Shown: in pieces, positions 38,573-48,568 of the stretch
Layout of the letters: every line of letters begins with the position of its first letter
How positions within the stretch are numbered: the first letter of the stretch is position 1
Source: Candidatus Binatia bacterium
Lineage (GTDB): Bacteria > Desulfobacterota > Binatia > UBA1149
Direction of reading: 5' to 3'
Assembly (NCBI GenBank): GCA_046754245.1
Contig: JBHHVL010000008.1
Location: 2,411 to 66,410, forward strand
Length of the DNA stretch: 64,000 nt
Notes under the pieces: generated by a model
Told to the model about the DNA's origin: nothing
Database searches by the model: none
Seen by the model: only the letters and a program-made list of their open reading frames with translations
Position numbers and translations under genes: made by a program

Positions 38573-39841
38573 TTGGACGGCATCAGGGTACAGGGAGGCC
38601 GCCGCCTCAAGGGCACCGTCGAGGTGAGCGGCGCCAAGAACGCGGCTTTGCCTCTCGTTTTTTCGAGCCTGCTCACCGACCAGACCTGCCACTACACGGG
38701 CGTCCCCGACGTCGCAGACATACGTACGGCGACCAAGCTGTTGCAGAGCATGGGGGCCGGGGTCGAGACCCCAGCGGCGGGGGAACTCCTCATCGACTGT
38801 TCCACGATATGCGAATGGGAAGCTCCCTATGATTTGGTGCGAACTATGCGTGCGTCCTTTCTGGTCCTCGGTCCGCTGGTAGCGCGCTTCGGGAGGGCCA
38901 GGGTTTCCAAGCCAGGAGGCTGCGCGATAGGAGCGAGACCAGTGGATTTGCATCTCGCCGCCCTGGCCCGTCTGGGGGTGAGGCTGGAAACCGTTCACGG
39001 TTACGAGGAGGCGAGGACCAACGGCTTGCGCGGAGCGCAGGTGATACTGAACAAACCGTCGGTCGGGGCCACCGAAAACGTGGTGATGGCCGCGAGTCTT
39101 GCCGAGGGGACGACCCGCATCGAGAACGCGGCTCGAGAACCGGAAGTCATCGACCTGATACAGGCGCTTCGGGCCATGGGCGCGAATATCCGCGGGGAAG
39201 GTACGTCGGTCATAGAGGTGGAGGGCGTGCAATCGCTGGGTGGGTTGACGCATCGGGTTATCCCGGATCGCATCGAAGCCGGCACGCTGCTCATAGCGGC
39301 GGCCATAACCGCCGGCGACGTACTCGTTCGGGGTGCGCGACCGGGTGACCTGGAACAGCTCCTGGACGCGCTCGGGCAGGCCGGGGCCAGCGTGAGCGAG
39401 GAGTCGGACGGACTGAGGCTGCGCTGTGACGTGAGGCCGTCGGCGGTGGATATCCGTACCGCGCCACACCCGGGCTTTGCGACCGATCTCCAGGCGCAGT
39501 TCATGGCCCTGATGTGCTTCGCCGACGGGCGGTCGACGGTCACCGAGACGATCTTCGAGAATCGTTTCATGCACGTCGGCGAACTGCAGAGGATGGGGGC
39601 CGAGATAGAGCTCTCGGGCAACAGCGCGGTTGTCACCGGCCAGGTGAGCCTGAGCGGGGCCCACGTCATGGCTACCGATCTGAGGGCGAGCGTCAGCCTC
39701 GTGCTCGCCGGCCTCGCGGCGGAGTACCAGACCGACGTGTTGAGGGTCTATCACCTTGACCGGGGCTACGAGAATATAGAGGCGAAGCTCAGGGCTCTGG
39801 GCGCCGACGTCCAGAGGGTGAAGATGTCGGCGTCGCCATAG
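38573..39841 (+). CDS. murA: UDP-N-acetylglucosamine 1-carboxyvinyltransferase MurA
   Basis: MDGIRVQGGRRLKGTVEVSGAKNAALP. EPSP-synthase fold. Active-site Cys region ...GGCAIGARPVDLH. Confidence 0.9.
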   Translation: MDGIRVQGGRRLKGTVEVSGAKNAALPLVFSSLLTDQTCHYTGVPDVADIRTATKLLQSMGAGVETPAAGELLIDCSTICEWEAPYDLVRTMRASFLVLGPLVARFGRARVSKPGGCAIGARPVDLHLAALARLGVRLETVHGYEEARTNGLRGAQVILNKPSVGATENVVMAASLAEGTTRIENAAREPEVIDLIQALRAMGANIRGEGTSVIEVEGVQSLGGLTHRVIPDRIEAGTLLIAAAITAGDVLVRGARPGDLEQLLDALGQAGASVSEESDGLRLRCDVRPSAVDIRTAPHPGFATDLQAQFMALMCFADGRSTVTETIFENRFMHVGELQRMGAEIELSGNSAVVTGQVSLSGAHVMATDLRASVSLVLAGLAAEYQTDVLRVYHLDRGYENIEAKLRALGADVQRVKMSASP

Positions 39842-39850
39842 CCGATCTCG

Positions 39851-41173
39851 ATGACGTACGGAGGAGCCAACATGCTGATAGAACCCCTGACCGATGGCAG
39901 CCCTGCGGCGGTCGCGAGATTGAAGAAACTCGCGGGACGGCACCAGCAGCACGGTTCCGTAGAACGCGAGGTGCGAGAGATCATTTCGGCGGTCGAGCGG
40001 CGGGGCGACCGGGCGGTCAGTAACTTCACCAAGCGTTTCGACGGAGCCGTCCTCGCCCCGGGGGCCTACGAGGTCGCGAGAGAGGACCGTGACGCGGCGC
40101 TGGAATCCTTGCCGACGCCGACGAGACGCGCGCTCGAGAGCGCCAGAAAACGAATAGAGCGTTTTCACCGCAAACAGCTGGTGAAGAGCTATGAGTTGAG
40201 AGAGGCGGGCATCGTCACCGGCATGCGGGTCACGGCCCTGCGCAGGGTCGGCGTGTACGTTCCCGGCGGAAGGGCGAGTTACCCTTCGACAGTGCTGATG
40301 AACGTGGTGCCGGCGTTGGTGGCCGGTGTAGAAGAGGTCGTGCTCGTTACCCCGCCGGATTCCAACGGCCTCGTATCACGGGCGGTCCTGGCCGCTGCCG
40401 CGGTCGCCGGCGCGCACAGGGTCTTCCGGATAGGCGGAGCTCAGGCCATCGCGGCCTTGGCGTTCGGAACCGAGTCGGTTCCACGGGTCGACAAGATCGT
40501 AGGACCGGGCAACCTCTACGTGGCCGCCGCCAAGCGTCTGTTGTTCGGCTACGTGGACATAGACTCCATAGCCGGTCCCAGTGAGGTGTTGATCATGGCC
40601 GACGGTCGGGCGAGGCCGGAGCTGGTCGCGTCGGACATGCTGGCCCAGGCCGAACACGATCCAATGGCGGCCGCGATCTGTCTCACGACCTCGTCTGCGA
40701 CCGCCGCGGCCGTTGTGGCCCGACTCCAGCGGCAGCTCGCTGGCCTGCGCCGGCGGGCGATAGCCGCCAAGTCGCTCAGGCGTTACGGAACCGTGCTGGT
40801 CACCGGGTCGATGGCGCGGGCCGCCGAGCTAGCCAACGAAATCGCGCCGGAGCACCTGGAGGTTCTGACGACCGCGCCACGCCGGGTCCTCCCGCTGTTA
40901 CGTAACGCGGGCGCGGTTTTTCTCGGGGAATACTGCCCCGAGTCGGTCGGCGATTACAGCGCCGGCCCAAACCACGTCTTGCCGACCGGCGGTACGGCTC
41001 GTTTCGCGTCTCCGCTGGGTGTCTATGACTTCGTAAAACGAACCAGTATCATCGAACTTGACCGTCGCGGTCTCGAGAGACTCGCCCCGGGGGTGATCGA
41101 ACTCGCCGAGTGTGAGGGCCTCGAGGCCCACGCGTTGGCCGTGAAGATGCGATTCGCCGGTGGGGGTAAATAA
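39851..41173 (+). CDS. hisD: histidinol dehydrogenase HisD
   Basis: Full-length HisD similarity (…GPGNLYVAAAKR…, …AQAEHDP…, zinc-binding His/Asp residues). Confidence 0.9.
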   Translation: MTYGGANMLIEPLTDGSPAAVARLKKLAGRHQQHGSVEREVREIISAVERRGDRAVSNFTKRFDGAVLAPGAYEVAREDRDAALESLPTPTRRALESARKRIERFHRKQLVKSYELREAGIVTGMRVTALRRVGVYVPGGRASYPSTVLMNVVPALVAGVEEVVLVTPPDSNGLVSRAVLAAAAVAGAHRVFRIGGAQAIAALAFGTESVPRVDKIVGPGNLYVAAAKRLLFGYVDIDSIAGPSEVLIMADGRARPELVASDMLAQAEHDPMAAAICLTTSSATAAAVVARLQRQLAGLRRRAIAAKSLRRYGTVLVTGSMARAAELANEIAPEHLEVLTTAPRRVLPLLRNAGAVFLGEYCPESVGDYSAGPNHVLPTGGTARFASPLGVYDFVKRTSIIELDRRGLERLAPGVIELAECEGLEAHALAVKMRFAGGGK

Positions 41174-41807
41174 TGTGATCGAGGATAGCGAAAAGAATAC
41201 CGGCGGCGAGTCGCCTGTACGTAAAGCGAGTGTGAGGCGTGAAACCTCGGAGACGTCGATAAACGTCGAGCTCAGTATCGACGGTAGCGGCAACGGTGCG
41301 GTCGACACGGGGATCCCTTTTCTCGACCACATGCTCGATACCTTTGCGCGTCACAGCCTCGTGGACCTGACCATCAGGGCCAAGGGGGACCTCCACATAG
41401 ACGACCACCACACCGTGGAGGACATAGGGCTCGCGCTGGGGCAGGCCCTCGACCAGGCCTTGGACGACAAGCGCGGCATCAGGCGTTTCGGCCACGCCGA
41501 GGTCCCCCTCGACGAAGCCCTCGTCTCCGTGAGCGTCGACTTGAGTGGCAGGCCATATCTCGCCTACAATCTCAAGATTCGCCACCACAGGGTCGGTGAT
41601 TTCGAGACCGAACTCGTCAACGATTTCATGCAGGCCCTGATGACCGAAGCGAAGATGAACCTGCACGTGAACAAGCGCTACGGGCGAAACCCGCACCACC
41701 TCATCGAGGCCGCGTTCAAGGCCTTGGCCCGCGCGCTCGGGGAGGCCTGCTCGCGGGATCCCAGGGTGACGGGCGTCCCTTCTACCAAGGGCAGTCTGAA
41801 GGGCTGA
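41160..41807 (+). CDS. hisB: imidazoleglycerol-phosphate dehydratase HisB (monofunctional)
   Basis: RETSETSINVELSIDGSG...DHHTVEDIGLALG...HHLIEAAFKALARAL. Only the IGPD domain, no HolPase. Start GTG 41160 (or 41175). Confidence 0.9.
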   Translation: MGVNNVIEDSEKNTGGESPVRKASVRRETSETSINVELSIDGSGNGAVDTGIPFLDHMLDTFARHSLVDLTIRAKGDLHIDDHHTVEDIGLALGQALDQALDDKRGIRRFGHAEVPLDEALVSVSVDLSGRPYLAYNLKIRHHRVGDFETELVNDFMQALMTEAKMNLHVNKRYGRNPHHLIEAAFKALARALGEACSRDPRVTGVPSTKGSLKG

Positions 41808-41813
41808 GCAGAG

Positions 41814-42440
41814 TTGATCGCCGTTATCGACTACGACGTGGGTAACCTGCGGAGCGTGGCCAAGGCGCTTGAGCGCGTGGGGGCCGCGGTCGCCGTCAGC
41901 GACGACCCGACCGTCATCGCGACTGCGGATGCGGTGGTGCTGCCCGGAGTCGGAGCGTTCGCGCGTTGCATGGCCAACCTCGAAGCCAAGGGCCTGCGGC
42001 GAAGCGTGCACGCGGCCGTGGATTCTGGGCGGCCCTTTCTCGGAATATGTGTCGGGATGCAGATTCTGTTTGATGAAAGCGACGAGTTTGGAGTGGTTCG
42101 GGGGTTGGGCATAGTACCGGGAAGGGTGCGCCGTTTCAGAGACTTCCCCCCGGGCCTGAAGATTCCACACATGGGGTGGAACGAACTCAACCTGCAACGC
42201 CGGGCTCCTCACCTGGCCGGCGTGGAGGGGGACGAGCGTTTTTATTTCGTCCACAGTTACTACGTTGAAACCGAGGAGGACGAGATCGTCGCCGCTACTA
42301 CCGACTATGGCTGCGAGTTCGTCTCGGCGGTATGGCGAGACAACCTGTTCGCTACCCAGTTTCATCCCGAGAAGAGTCAAGCGGCGGGGCTGGAGTTACT
42401 GGCCAACTTCGTAGCGCTTGCAGACAAGCTGAGAGGCTGA
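41814..42440 (+). CDS. hisH: imidazole glycerol phosphate synthase glutamine amidotransferase subunit HisH
   Basis: LIAVIDYDVGNLRSVAKALE...GICVGMQIL...HPEKS. Class I GATase triad. Confidence 0.9.
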   Translation: MIAVIDYDVGNLRSVAKALERVGAAVAVSDDPTVIATADAVVLPGVGAFARCMANLEAKGLRRSVHAAVDSGRPFLGICVGMQILFDESDEFGVVRGLGIVPGRVRRFRDFPPGLKIPHMGWNELNLQRRAPHLAGVEGDERFYFVHSYYVETEEDEIVAATTDYGCEFVSAVWRDNLFATQFHPEKSQAAGLELLANFVALADKLRG

Positions 42441-42441
42441 G

Positions 42442-43191
42442 TTGATAGTCGTTCCTGCAATAGACATACGAGGAGGCCGGTGCGTTCGCTTGGTTCGGGG
42501 AGACTACGACCGCGAGACCGTCTTCGGCGACGATCCAGCGATCATGGCGAGGCGCTGGGTTGAAGAAGGCAGCCGTGTTCTTCACCTCGTCGACCTCGAC
42601 GGTGCACGCGGTGACCGAGGCGACAACAGGGAGGCTGTCACCGCGGTGCTGGCCGAGCTGAGACGGCTGGAGGCAGGGGGTGTCGGGCACGTCACCACCG
42701 AACTCGGCGGGGGCCTACGCGACGTCGATGCCGTCGAGCGTTGGTTGGGTACGGGGGTGGACAGGGTGATTCTCGGGACCGTCGTCGCGACCGACCCCGA
42801 GGTTCTCTCGCTGGCCGCCGGGCGGTTCCCAGGAAGGGTGTGGGCGGGTATCGACGCGAGGGGCGGCCGCGCCGCCGTTTCCGGATGGGTGGAGGACAGC
42901 GGGCGAAATGTGGTCGAGCTGGCGGTAGACGCGGAAAGGCGAGGCGCCGCAGGAATCGTCTATACGGATATCGATCGTGACGGGACCACCGCCGGGGTCA
43001 ACGTTGAAGGCACCGCCGCCATAGCCGACGCGGTGAGGATTCCGGTATACGCTTCGGGCGGGGTGAGTAGCGTGGAAGATCTCGCTAGACTCAGGGCGGT
43101 CGAAGGCCGCGGCGTCGCCGGAGTCGTGGTCGGCCGTGCGCTCTACGAGGGGACGCTTTCCCTGGCCGAATTGATGTCGGTGGCCCACTGA
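42442..43191 (+). CDS. hisA: 1-(5-phosphoribosyl)-5-[(5-phosphoribosylamino)methylideneamino]imidazole-4-carboxamide isomerase HisA
   Basis: [22 protein letters not shown]...VHLVDLDGA...GGGLRD. Confidence 0.9.
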   Translation: MIVVPAIDIRGGRCVRLVRGDYDRETVFGDDPAIMARRWVEEGSRVLHLVDLDGARGDRGDNREAVTAVLAELRRLEAGGVGHVTTELGGGLRDVDAVERWLGTGVDRVILGTVVATDPEVLSLAAGRFPGRVWAGIDARGGRAAVSGWVEDSGRNVVELAVDAERRGAAGIVYTDIDRDGTTAGVNVEGTAAIADAVRIPVYASGGVSSVEDLARLRAVEGRGVAGVVVGRALYEGTLSLAELMSVAH

Positions 43192-43195
43192 GATC

Positions 43196-44047
43196 ATGCT
43201 CGCGAAACGTATCATTCCCTGCCTTGACGTAAAGGACGGGCGCGTGGTCAAAGGGGTGAACTTCGTCGGTTTGCGAGACGCCGGAGATCCGGTTGAATGC
43301 GCCGCCCGTTACGATGGCGAGGGGGCCGACGAGCTGACCTTTCTCGACATCACCGCGAGCCACGAAAAACGGGACATCATTCTGGAGGTCGTTGCCCGCA
43401 CCGCAGAACAGGTATTCATGCCCTTGACCGTCGGCGGAGGGATCGCGAGGAATGAGGATATTCGCGCTCTTCTCAAGGCCGGCGCCGACAAGGTTTCGAT
43501 CAACACGGCGGCGGTGGGGGACCCGGACTTCGTAGGCGAGGCCGCGCGGGTATTCGGGAGTCAGTGCGTGGTCGTCGCCGTCGACGCGCGGGCCCGAGGC
43601 CGGCGTCTGGAGCTGGCGGCCGACGGCGGTGGTGTAGACGGCCGGCCTTCCTGGGCGGGCAGCTACCCCGAGCTCTTTCTCACCGAGGAAGGAGGCGAGG
43701 GTTGGGAAGTGTATACCCACGGCGGGCGCCGGCCTACCGGCATAGACGCCCTGAGCTGGTGCCGGCGCATGGAAGACGAAGGCGCCGGCGAGATACTGCT
43801 TACCAGCATGGATCACGACGGGACCAAATCAGGTTACGACATCGAACTCACAGCGGCGGTTTCGAAGGCGGTCGGTGTGCCGGTCATAGCTTCGGGGGGG
43901 GTCGGTACCCCCGAACACCTCCTCGACGGTTTTTCGAGAGGCCGCGCGGACGCAGCTCTGGCGGCGTCGATCTTCCACTACTGCGAATACAGCATACGAG
44001 AGTGCAAGAACTATCTCGCCGCCCACGGGGTGGAAGTCAGGTTGTGA
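43196..44047 (+). CDS. hisF: imidazole glycerol phosphate synthase cyclase subunit HisF (with ~25-30 aa insertion)
   Basis: [23 protein letters not shown]...[10 protein letters not shown]...[10 protein letters not shown]. Extra segment [37 protein letters not shown] between beta-strands, relative to the ~250-aa HisF of other bacteria. Confidence 0.9.
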   Translation: MLAKRIIPCLDVKDGRVVKGVNFVGLRDAGDPVECAARYDGEGADELTFLDITASHEKRDIILEVVARTAEQVFMPLTVGGGIARNEDIRALLKAGADKVSINTAAVGDPDFVGEAARVFGSQCVVVAVDARARGRRLELAADGGGVDGRPSWAGSYPELFLTEEGGEGWEVYTHGGRRPTGIDALSWCRRMEDEGAGEILLTSMDHDGTKSGYDIELTAAVSKAVGVPVIASGGVGTPEHLLDGFSRGRADAALAASIFHYCEYSIRECKNYLAAHGVEVRL

Positions 44048-44062
44048 TCGGGTGCCGCCCGT

Positions 44063-44091
44063 GGGGGCTGGTTGGCGGGCCTAGAGCCCCC
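44063..44091. terminator. GC-rich hairpin GGGGGCU-(15 nt)-AGCCCCC between convergent hisF and trxB
   Basis: 7-bp perfect stem in a 49-bp convergent intergenic gap. No flanking U/A tracts. Confidence 0.25.
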
Positions 44092-44096
44092 GGCGT

Positions 44097-45035
44097 TCAG
44101 GCGCTGTTTTCCAGCCAGCGCTCGGCGTCGATCGCGGCCGCGCAGCCGCTCCCGGCAGCGGTCACGGCTTGTCGGTAGACGGAGTCCTGGACGTCACCAC
44201 AGGCAAACACGCCTGGCAGGCTGGTGTAGGTACAGTCGGCCTTGGTGATTATGTAGCCCTTGTCGTCGGTTTCGAGTTGATCCGCGAATATCGCGGTGTT
44301 GGGGACGTGCCCTATGGCCATGAATACGCCGTCACAATCGACCCTGTTCACGAGGCCGGTCGTCGTGTCACGCAGAGACACGCCGGTCACGCCGCCTCGT
44401 TGCGGGTCACCGTGAATCTCCTCTACGGTGCGGTTGAGCAGAAACTCGATTTTTTCATTACGGCGCGCCCTCTCCAGCATGATCTTGGAGGCCCGGAACT
44501 CGCTGCGTCGGTGTATGACCTTGACGGAACCGGCGAACTTGGTGAGGAACATCGCTTCTTCCATCGCCGAGTCGCCGCCTCCGACGACCAATACGGACTT
44601 GTCCTTGAAGAAGAACCCGTCGCACGTTGCGCAGGCCGAGACGCCGTGGCCCATCAATCGCCGCTCGGATTCAAGGCCCAGTAGTCGCGCGGAGGCCCCG
44701 GTGGAAACGATCAGGGCGTCGCAGCTATAGGAGCGCTCGGCGGTCTCGAGGGTGAAGGGTCGCGAGGAGAGATCCACGGTCTCGATATTGCCCGAGCTGA
44801 AGCGGGTACCGAATTTTTCCGCCTGGGCCTTGAAGAGATTCATCATCTCCGGGCCCAAGACCCCGTCGGGAAAGCCCGGATAATTCTCTACATCGGTGGT
44901 GATCGTAAGCTGGCCACCGGGTTGGCTCCCCTCGAATAGCAAGGGTTCCAGGTTGGCTCTGGCCGCGTAGATGGCAGCCGTGAGACCGGCGGGTCCGGAA
45001 CCCAAGATGATCAGTCTACTGTGCTCAGGTGACAT
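44097..45035 (-). CDS. trxB: thioredoxin-disulfide reductase TrxB
   Basis: Redox-active CATCDG. FAD ([15 protein letters not shown]) and NADPH ([12 protein letters not shown]) motifs. Confidence 0.9.
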   Translation of the reverse strand: MSPEHSRLIILGSGPAGLTAAIYAARANLEPLLFEGSQPGGQLTITTDVENYPGFPDGVLGPEMMNLFKAQAEKFGTRFSSGNIETVDLSSRPFTLETAERSYSCDALIVSTGASARLLGLESERRLMGHGVSACATCDGFFFKDKSVLVVGGGDSAMEEAMFLTKFAGSVKVIHRRSEFRASKIMLERARRNEKIEFLLNRTVEEIHGDPQRGGVTGVSLRDTTTGLVNRVDCDGVFMAIGHVPNTAIFADQLETDDKGYIITKADCTYTSLPGVFACGDVQDSVYRQAVTAAGSGCAAAIDAERWLENSA

Positions 45036-45141
45036 CGCGCTCCTCGAGTCCCTCCTCTATTAGTGGGCTTTCCCTGGAAGGAACGACGGGCGCGGTATAT
45101 GAATTTCATGAGCTTCTTGCAAACCGGCGAGGTGACGCGTT

Positions 45142-45630
45142 ATGCCAGAACTGACCCACGTTGATGAAAAAGGCCGCGTTAGGATGGTAGACGTATCGGC
45201 CAAAGAGGTAACCGTCCGGCGGGCCGTGGCGGGCGCGAGCCTGTCGATGGGGGCGGCGACTCTGGAGCGAATATTGGAGGACGATCTTCCCAAGGGAGAC
45301 GTCCTGGCGGTGGCGCGCACCGCCGCGATCATGGCCGCGAAACAGACGGCGCAACTCATACCGTTGTGCCACCAGCTTCCTCTCGACGCGGTGACGGTGG
45401 ACTTTTCTGCTGACCAATCCGACGCGTCCAAGCTCGACATCAGGGCGACGGTCACGGTTAGCGCTCGGACCGGGGTCGAGATGGAGGCGCTGGTAGCGGT
45501 CTCGGTGGCCGGCCTGACCGTATACGACATGTGCAAGGCCATAGACCGGTCCATGGTACTTGGAGAGGTAAGGCTCGTGGAGAAGAGCGGTGGCCGTAGC
45601 GGCCACTATCGGCGTGACGGCCCGACCTGA
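45142..45630 (+). CDS. moaC: cyclic pyranopterin monophosphate synthase MoaC
   Basis: [18 protein letters not shown]...[11 protein letters not shown]...DMCKA. Full-length MoaC. Confidence 0.9.
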   Translation: MPELTHVDEKGRVRMVDVSAKEVTVRRAVAGASLSMGAATLERILEDDLPKGDVLAVARTAAIMAAKQTAQLIPLCHQLPLDAVTVDFSADQSDASKLDIRATVTVSARTGVEMEALVAVSVAGLTVYDMCKAIDRSMVLGEVRLVEKSGGRSGHYRRDGPT

Positions 45631-45712
45631 TACCCGATCCGTAATTGCCTATGATTCATGATTGACCGCGGCGCGCTTCACGAGCGCCGGTCGCTCGGAG
45701 TAGGATCCGTGC

Positions 45713-46399
45713 GTGGACCAAGGGAGGGTCAGCGCCTGGCCGAAATCCGAACGGCCGCGAGAACGTCTGTTTGCGCTCGGAGCGACCACGCTCAGCGACG
45801 GCGAGCTGCTGGGCCTCGTGTTCGGTGCCGGCCATCGAGGCTCGGGAAACGCGGTCGAACTGGGCCGCCAGCTTCTCAGACGTTTCGGCGACCTGCGGGG
45901 TTTGGTCTGCGCAAGCGCCAGCGAACTCGCCTCTAGCTCGGGGATCGGTGCCGCGAGGGCGGCTAGCATCATCGCGGTGGGTGAAATTGCCCGGCGTCTC
46001 GAATCCGAATCTCTCGACCGCGGTGCCAGTCTGAGCTCCTCTTCCGACGTGCACGCACACTTCGGCCCCATGCTGGCCGATCACAAGAGGGAGCTGTTTT
46101 ACGTGCTGCTTCTCGACGGCAAGAACCGTTTGCTCTCGAAACGGCGGGTGTCGGAAGGCTCACTCGGGGCCTCGCTGGTCCATCCCCGTGAGGCTTTTCG
46201 GCCGGCCATACGAGAGGCCGCAGCGGCCGTCATCTTCCTCCACAACCACCCCAGCGGGGATCCAAGCCCCAGCCTCGAGGACAAGCGCATAACCGAGAGG
46301 CTCAAGAAGGCCGGTGAGCTGTTGGGTATTCCCGTTCTCGACCACGTCGTCGTCGCGAGGCGCGATTACTACTCCTTCGCAGACACGGGCTGGGTCTGA
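45713..46399 (+). CDS. radC: RadC-like JAB/MPN domain protein (UPF0758)
   Basis: ERPRERL...LSDGELLGLVFGAG (HhH-like N-terminus). JAMM motif HNHPSGDPSPSLED. Confidence 0.75.
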   Translation: MDQGRVSAWPKSERPRERLFALGATTLSDGELLGLVFGAGHRGSGNAVELGRQLLRRFGDLRGLVCASASELASSSGIGAARAASIIAVGEIARRLESESLDRGASLSSSSDVHAHFGPMLADHKRELFYVLLLDGKNRLLSKRRVSEGSLGASLVHPREAFRPAIREAAAAVIFLHNHPSGDPSPSLEDKRITERLKKAGELLGIPVLDHVVVARRDYYSFADTGWV

Positions 46400-46441
46400 T
46401 TCAAAGACTCGCCGGTCGGCTGGCCCCGTCTGGGATAGGGG

Positions 46442-46864
46442 CTAGAAGGGGACGTCCGATTCGGCCGATGGCGCCGCGGCCTCTCCGGTAAACGCGGGGG
46501 CCTGTTCCGGCGGTCGGGCGTCCTCACTCGCAGCTCCACCGCCAAGGAACTGGACCCGGTCGGCGATGACCTCGGTAGTGTAACGGTCGTTGCCGTCCTT
46601 GTCCTGCCATTTACGGGTCTGCAGCCGGCCTTCGAGGTAGACCGAGCGGCCTTTTTGGAGATACTGGGCGCAGGTCTCGGCCTGGCGCCCCCAAACGACG
46701 ACGTTGTGCCATTCGGTCCTCTCTTGGCGTTCGCCGGACTGGTCGACCCAGCGTTCGTTGGTTGCTACCGTCATCGATACGACAGCCTTGCCACTGGAGG
46801 TATGCCGAAGTTCGGGATCCTTCCCGAGGTTGCCAACGATGATAACCTTGTTTACTGATGCCAT
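46442..46864 (-). CDS. ssb: single-stranded DNA-binding protein SSB
   Basis: [31 protein letters not shown] fold. Gly/Pro-rich linker. Acidic C-terminal tip ...ESDVPF. Confidence 0.9.
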   Translation of the reverse strand: MASVNKVIIVGNLGKDPELRHTSSGKAVVSMTVATNERWVDQSGERQERTEWHNVVVWGRQAETCAQYLQKGRSVYLEGRLQTRKWQDKDGNDRYTTEVIADRVQFLGGGAASEDARPPEQAPAFTGEAAAPSAESDVPF

Positions 46865-46926
46865 TGTATAGCCTCCCAGCTCGGTCTAGGGCGAGGCTAG
46901 AACCGGTTGTTTAGCTTGTCAATGAT

Positions 46927-47718
46927 ATGCCTGTAAAGTTTGACGACCCCAGCCTCGCTGTGCGCTTCTCGTCGACCTCACGCCTGGCGCTTTTCTATCC
47001 TTTTTCCGTGCTGGTTCTGCTGGCCATCGGCCTCGTCACGCTTTTTCGCGAGGGCCGGCGAAACTATTACCGCCTCGCTCGCCTGTGGGCCGGCGGCGGA
47101 CTGTGGATCAACGGCATCGCCGTCGAGTCCTACGGAGGCGAAAAGCTCGATCCTACCCGCGATTACGTAATCGTCGCGAACCACCGCAGCCAGTTCGACC
47201 CCTTCGCCATCATCAAGGCACTACCGGACATTGAAACCCGTTGGGTGGCCAAGCGGGAGCTGCTGAGGGTTCCGCTGTTCGGTCCCCTGTTGCGGCGCAC
47301 CGGCCAGATCCTGGTTAACCGTGGCGACCACGAACAGGCCGTCGCAGAGCTGCAGCGAAACGTGGGCGTACGGGGCCTGTCGGTGGTTTTTTTCCCGGAG
47401 GGAAGCCGCTCGGATACTCTCGAGCTTCGGCCTTTCAGGAAAGGTGCGGCCGCGTTCGCCCTGGACGCGGGTCTGCCCGTCGTGCCCGTGGCCATATCGG
47501 GATCCGAGAAGGTGCTTCCGAAATACTCACGTTGGGTTCGCGGGGGGACCATCCGGGTCAAGGTCGGTGAGCCAATCGACACCGCGGCGATGGCCATCGA
47601 GGACCGGCATGCCCTGACCGCTTTGATTCAGGAAAGGGTAGAACAGCTGCTCGGCGATCTCGAATCACGGCCGGCGCCGGGGAAGGGGCCCTTTGAGTCC
47701 TCCGCGCTGGAAAGATAG
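46927..47718 (+). CDS. plsC: 1-acyl-sn-glycerol-3-phosphate acyltransferase (PlsC family, canonical motifs)
   Basis: HX4D block IVANHRSQFDPF. Block III FFPEGSRS. N-terminal TM. Confidence 0.8.
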   Translation: MPVKFDDPSLAVRFSSTSRLALFYPFSVLVLLAIGLVTLFREGRRNYYRLARLWAGGGLWINGIAVESYGGEKLDPTRDYVIVANHRSQFDPFAIIKALPDIETRWVAKRELLRVPLFGPLLRRTGQILVNRGDHEQAVAELQRNVGVRGLSVVFFPEGSRSDTLELRPFRKGAAAFALDAGLPVVPVAISGSEKVLPKYSRWVRGGTIRVKVGEPIDTAAMAIEDRHALTALIQERVEQLLGDLESRPAPGKGPFESSALER

Positions 47719-47776
47719 AGTTGCTCCGGGGCGCCGGCTTTTCCGGGCGCCCGGTCTGCGGCGGGCGGGTTAGACG

Positions 47777-48568
47777 GTGGGAGTCCTAGAGGCGGTTGTG
47801 CTGGGTGTGGTGCAGGGATTGACGGAATTCCTGCCGGTATCGAGTTCGGGTCATCTCGTTCTTGCCCGCCAGCTTCTACCCTACGAGATCTCCCGGCCCA
47901 TGGCCTTCGATATCATGCTTCACTTCGGCACCCTGGTGTCGGTACTCTGGTATTTTCGCCGCGACCTGGCGGAAATGGTGACGGGGCTCGCCGGCGGACC
48001 CGAGGCCGCGGGGTCGAGAAAAACCGTCGTCATGTTGGGCCTGGCGACGCTGCCCGTCGCGGCGGTGGGCGGATTTTTCTCTGACGCTTTGGAAGCGACC
48101 TTCTCCTCGCCGGTCGCGGTGGGGGTGGCTCTGCTCGGCACCGCGCTGTTGCTGTTCTGGGGTGCCCGTAGTCCGGTCGGAAACCGCGCGACGGCTCAAC
48201 TTGGCCCCTTCGATGCCCTAGTTATAGGCTTTTTTCAGGCGGCTGCGCTCATGCCGGGGATTTCGAGGGCGGGCGCGACCATTAGTTCCGGTTTGCGCAG
48301 GGGGCTGGAAAGGGAGGCGGCGGCCCGTTTTGCATTCCTCCTGTCGGTACCGGCCATCGCCGGGGCAATCTTGAAAAAAAGCAGTGATCTCAGCAGCTTA
48401 GTCGAATCCGACGCCACGGCGGTGGGTTTGGGGACGCTCGCCGCCGCGCTCACCGGCTGGGTAGCCATCGATTTGATGATGAGAACCGTGAGGGGCGGAA
48501 GACTGCTCCCCTTTGCGGTATACTGCTTGGTTGCGGGGAGCGTTACCCTGCTCACAGGGGTGTTGTAG
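47777..48568 (+). CDS. uppP: undecaprenyl-diphosphate phosphatase UppP (BacA)
   Basis: VVQGLTEFLPVSSSGHL and PGISRAGATI motifs. 8 TM. Confidence 0.9.
   Translation: MGVLEAVVLGVVQGLTEFLPVSSSGHLVLARQLLPYEISRPMAFDIMLHFGTLVSVLWYFRRDLAEMVTGLAGGPEAAGSRKTVVMLGLATLPVAAVGGFFSDALEATFSSPVAVGVALLGTALLLFWGARSPVGNRATAQLGPFDALVIGFFQAAALMPGISRAGATISSGLRRGLEREAAARFAFLLSVPAIAGAILKKSSDLSSLVESDATAVGLGTLAAALTGWVAIDLMMRTVRGGRLLPFAVYCLVAGSVTLLTGVL

Noticed and set aside
37673-40168. 831-aa minus-strand ORF antisense to prmC/murA/hisD, and similar long antisense ORFs (48398..49699, 28203..29741, 41049..42380, 9487..10488, 26677..27714, 35842..36540, 43091..43816, 55753..56982)
   Set aside because: Same GC-driven artefact. 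Each is antisense to a gene with unambiguous conserved motifs. Compositions are Arg/Gly/Pro-dominated without recognisable domains.
45036-45141. Looked for a Moco riboswitch upstream of moaC and a preQ1 riboswitch upstream of queE (54671..54793)
   Set aside because: Both gaps are short (106 and ~120 nt). I could not recognise the conserved Moco or preQ1-I/II sequence blocks by eye. A covariance-model scan would be needed to be sure.
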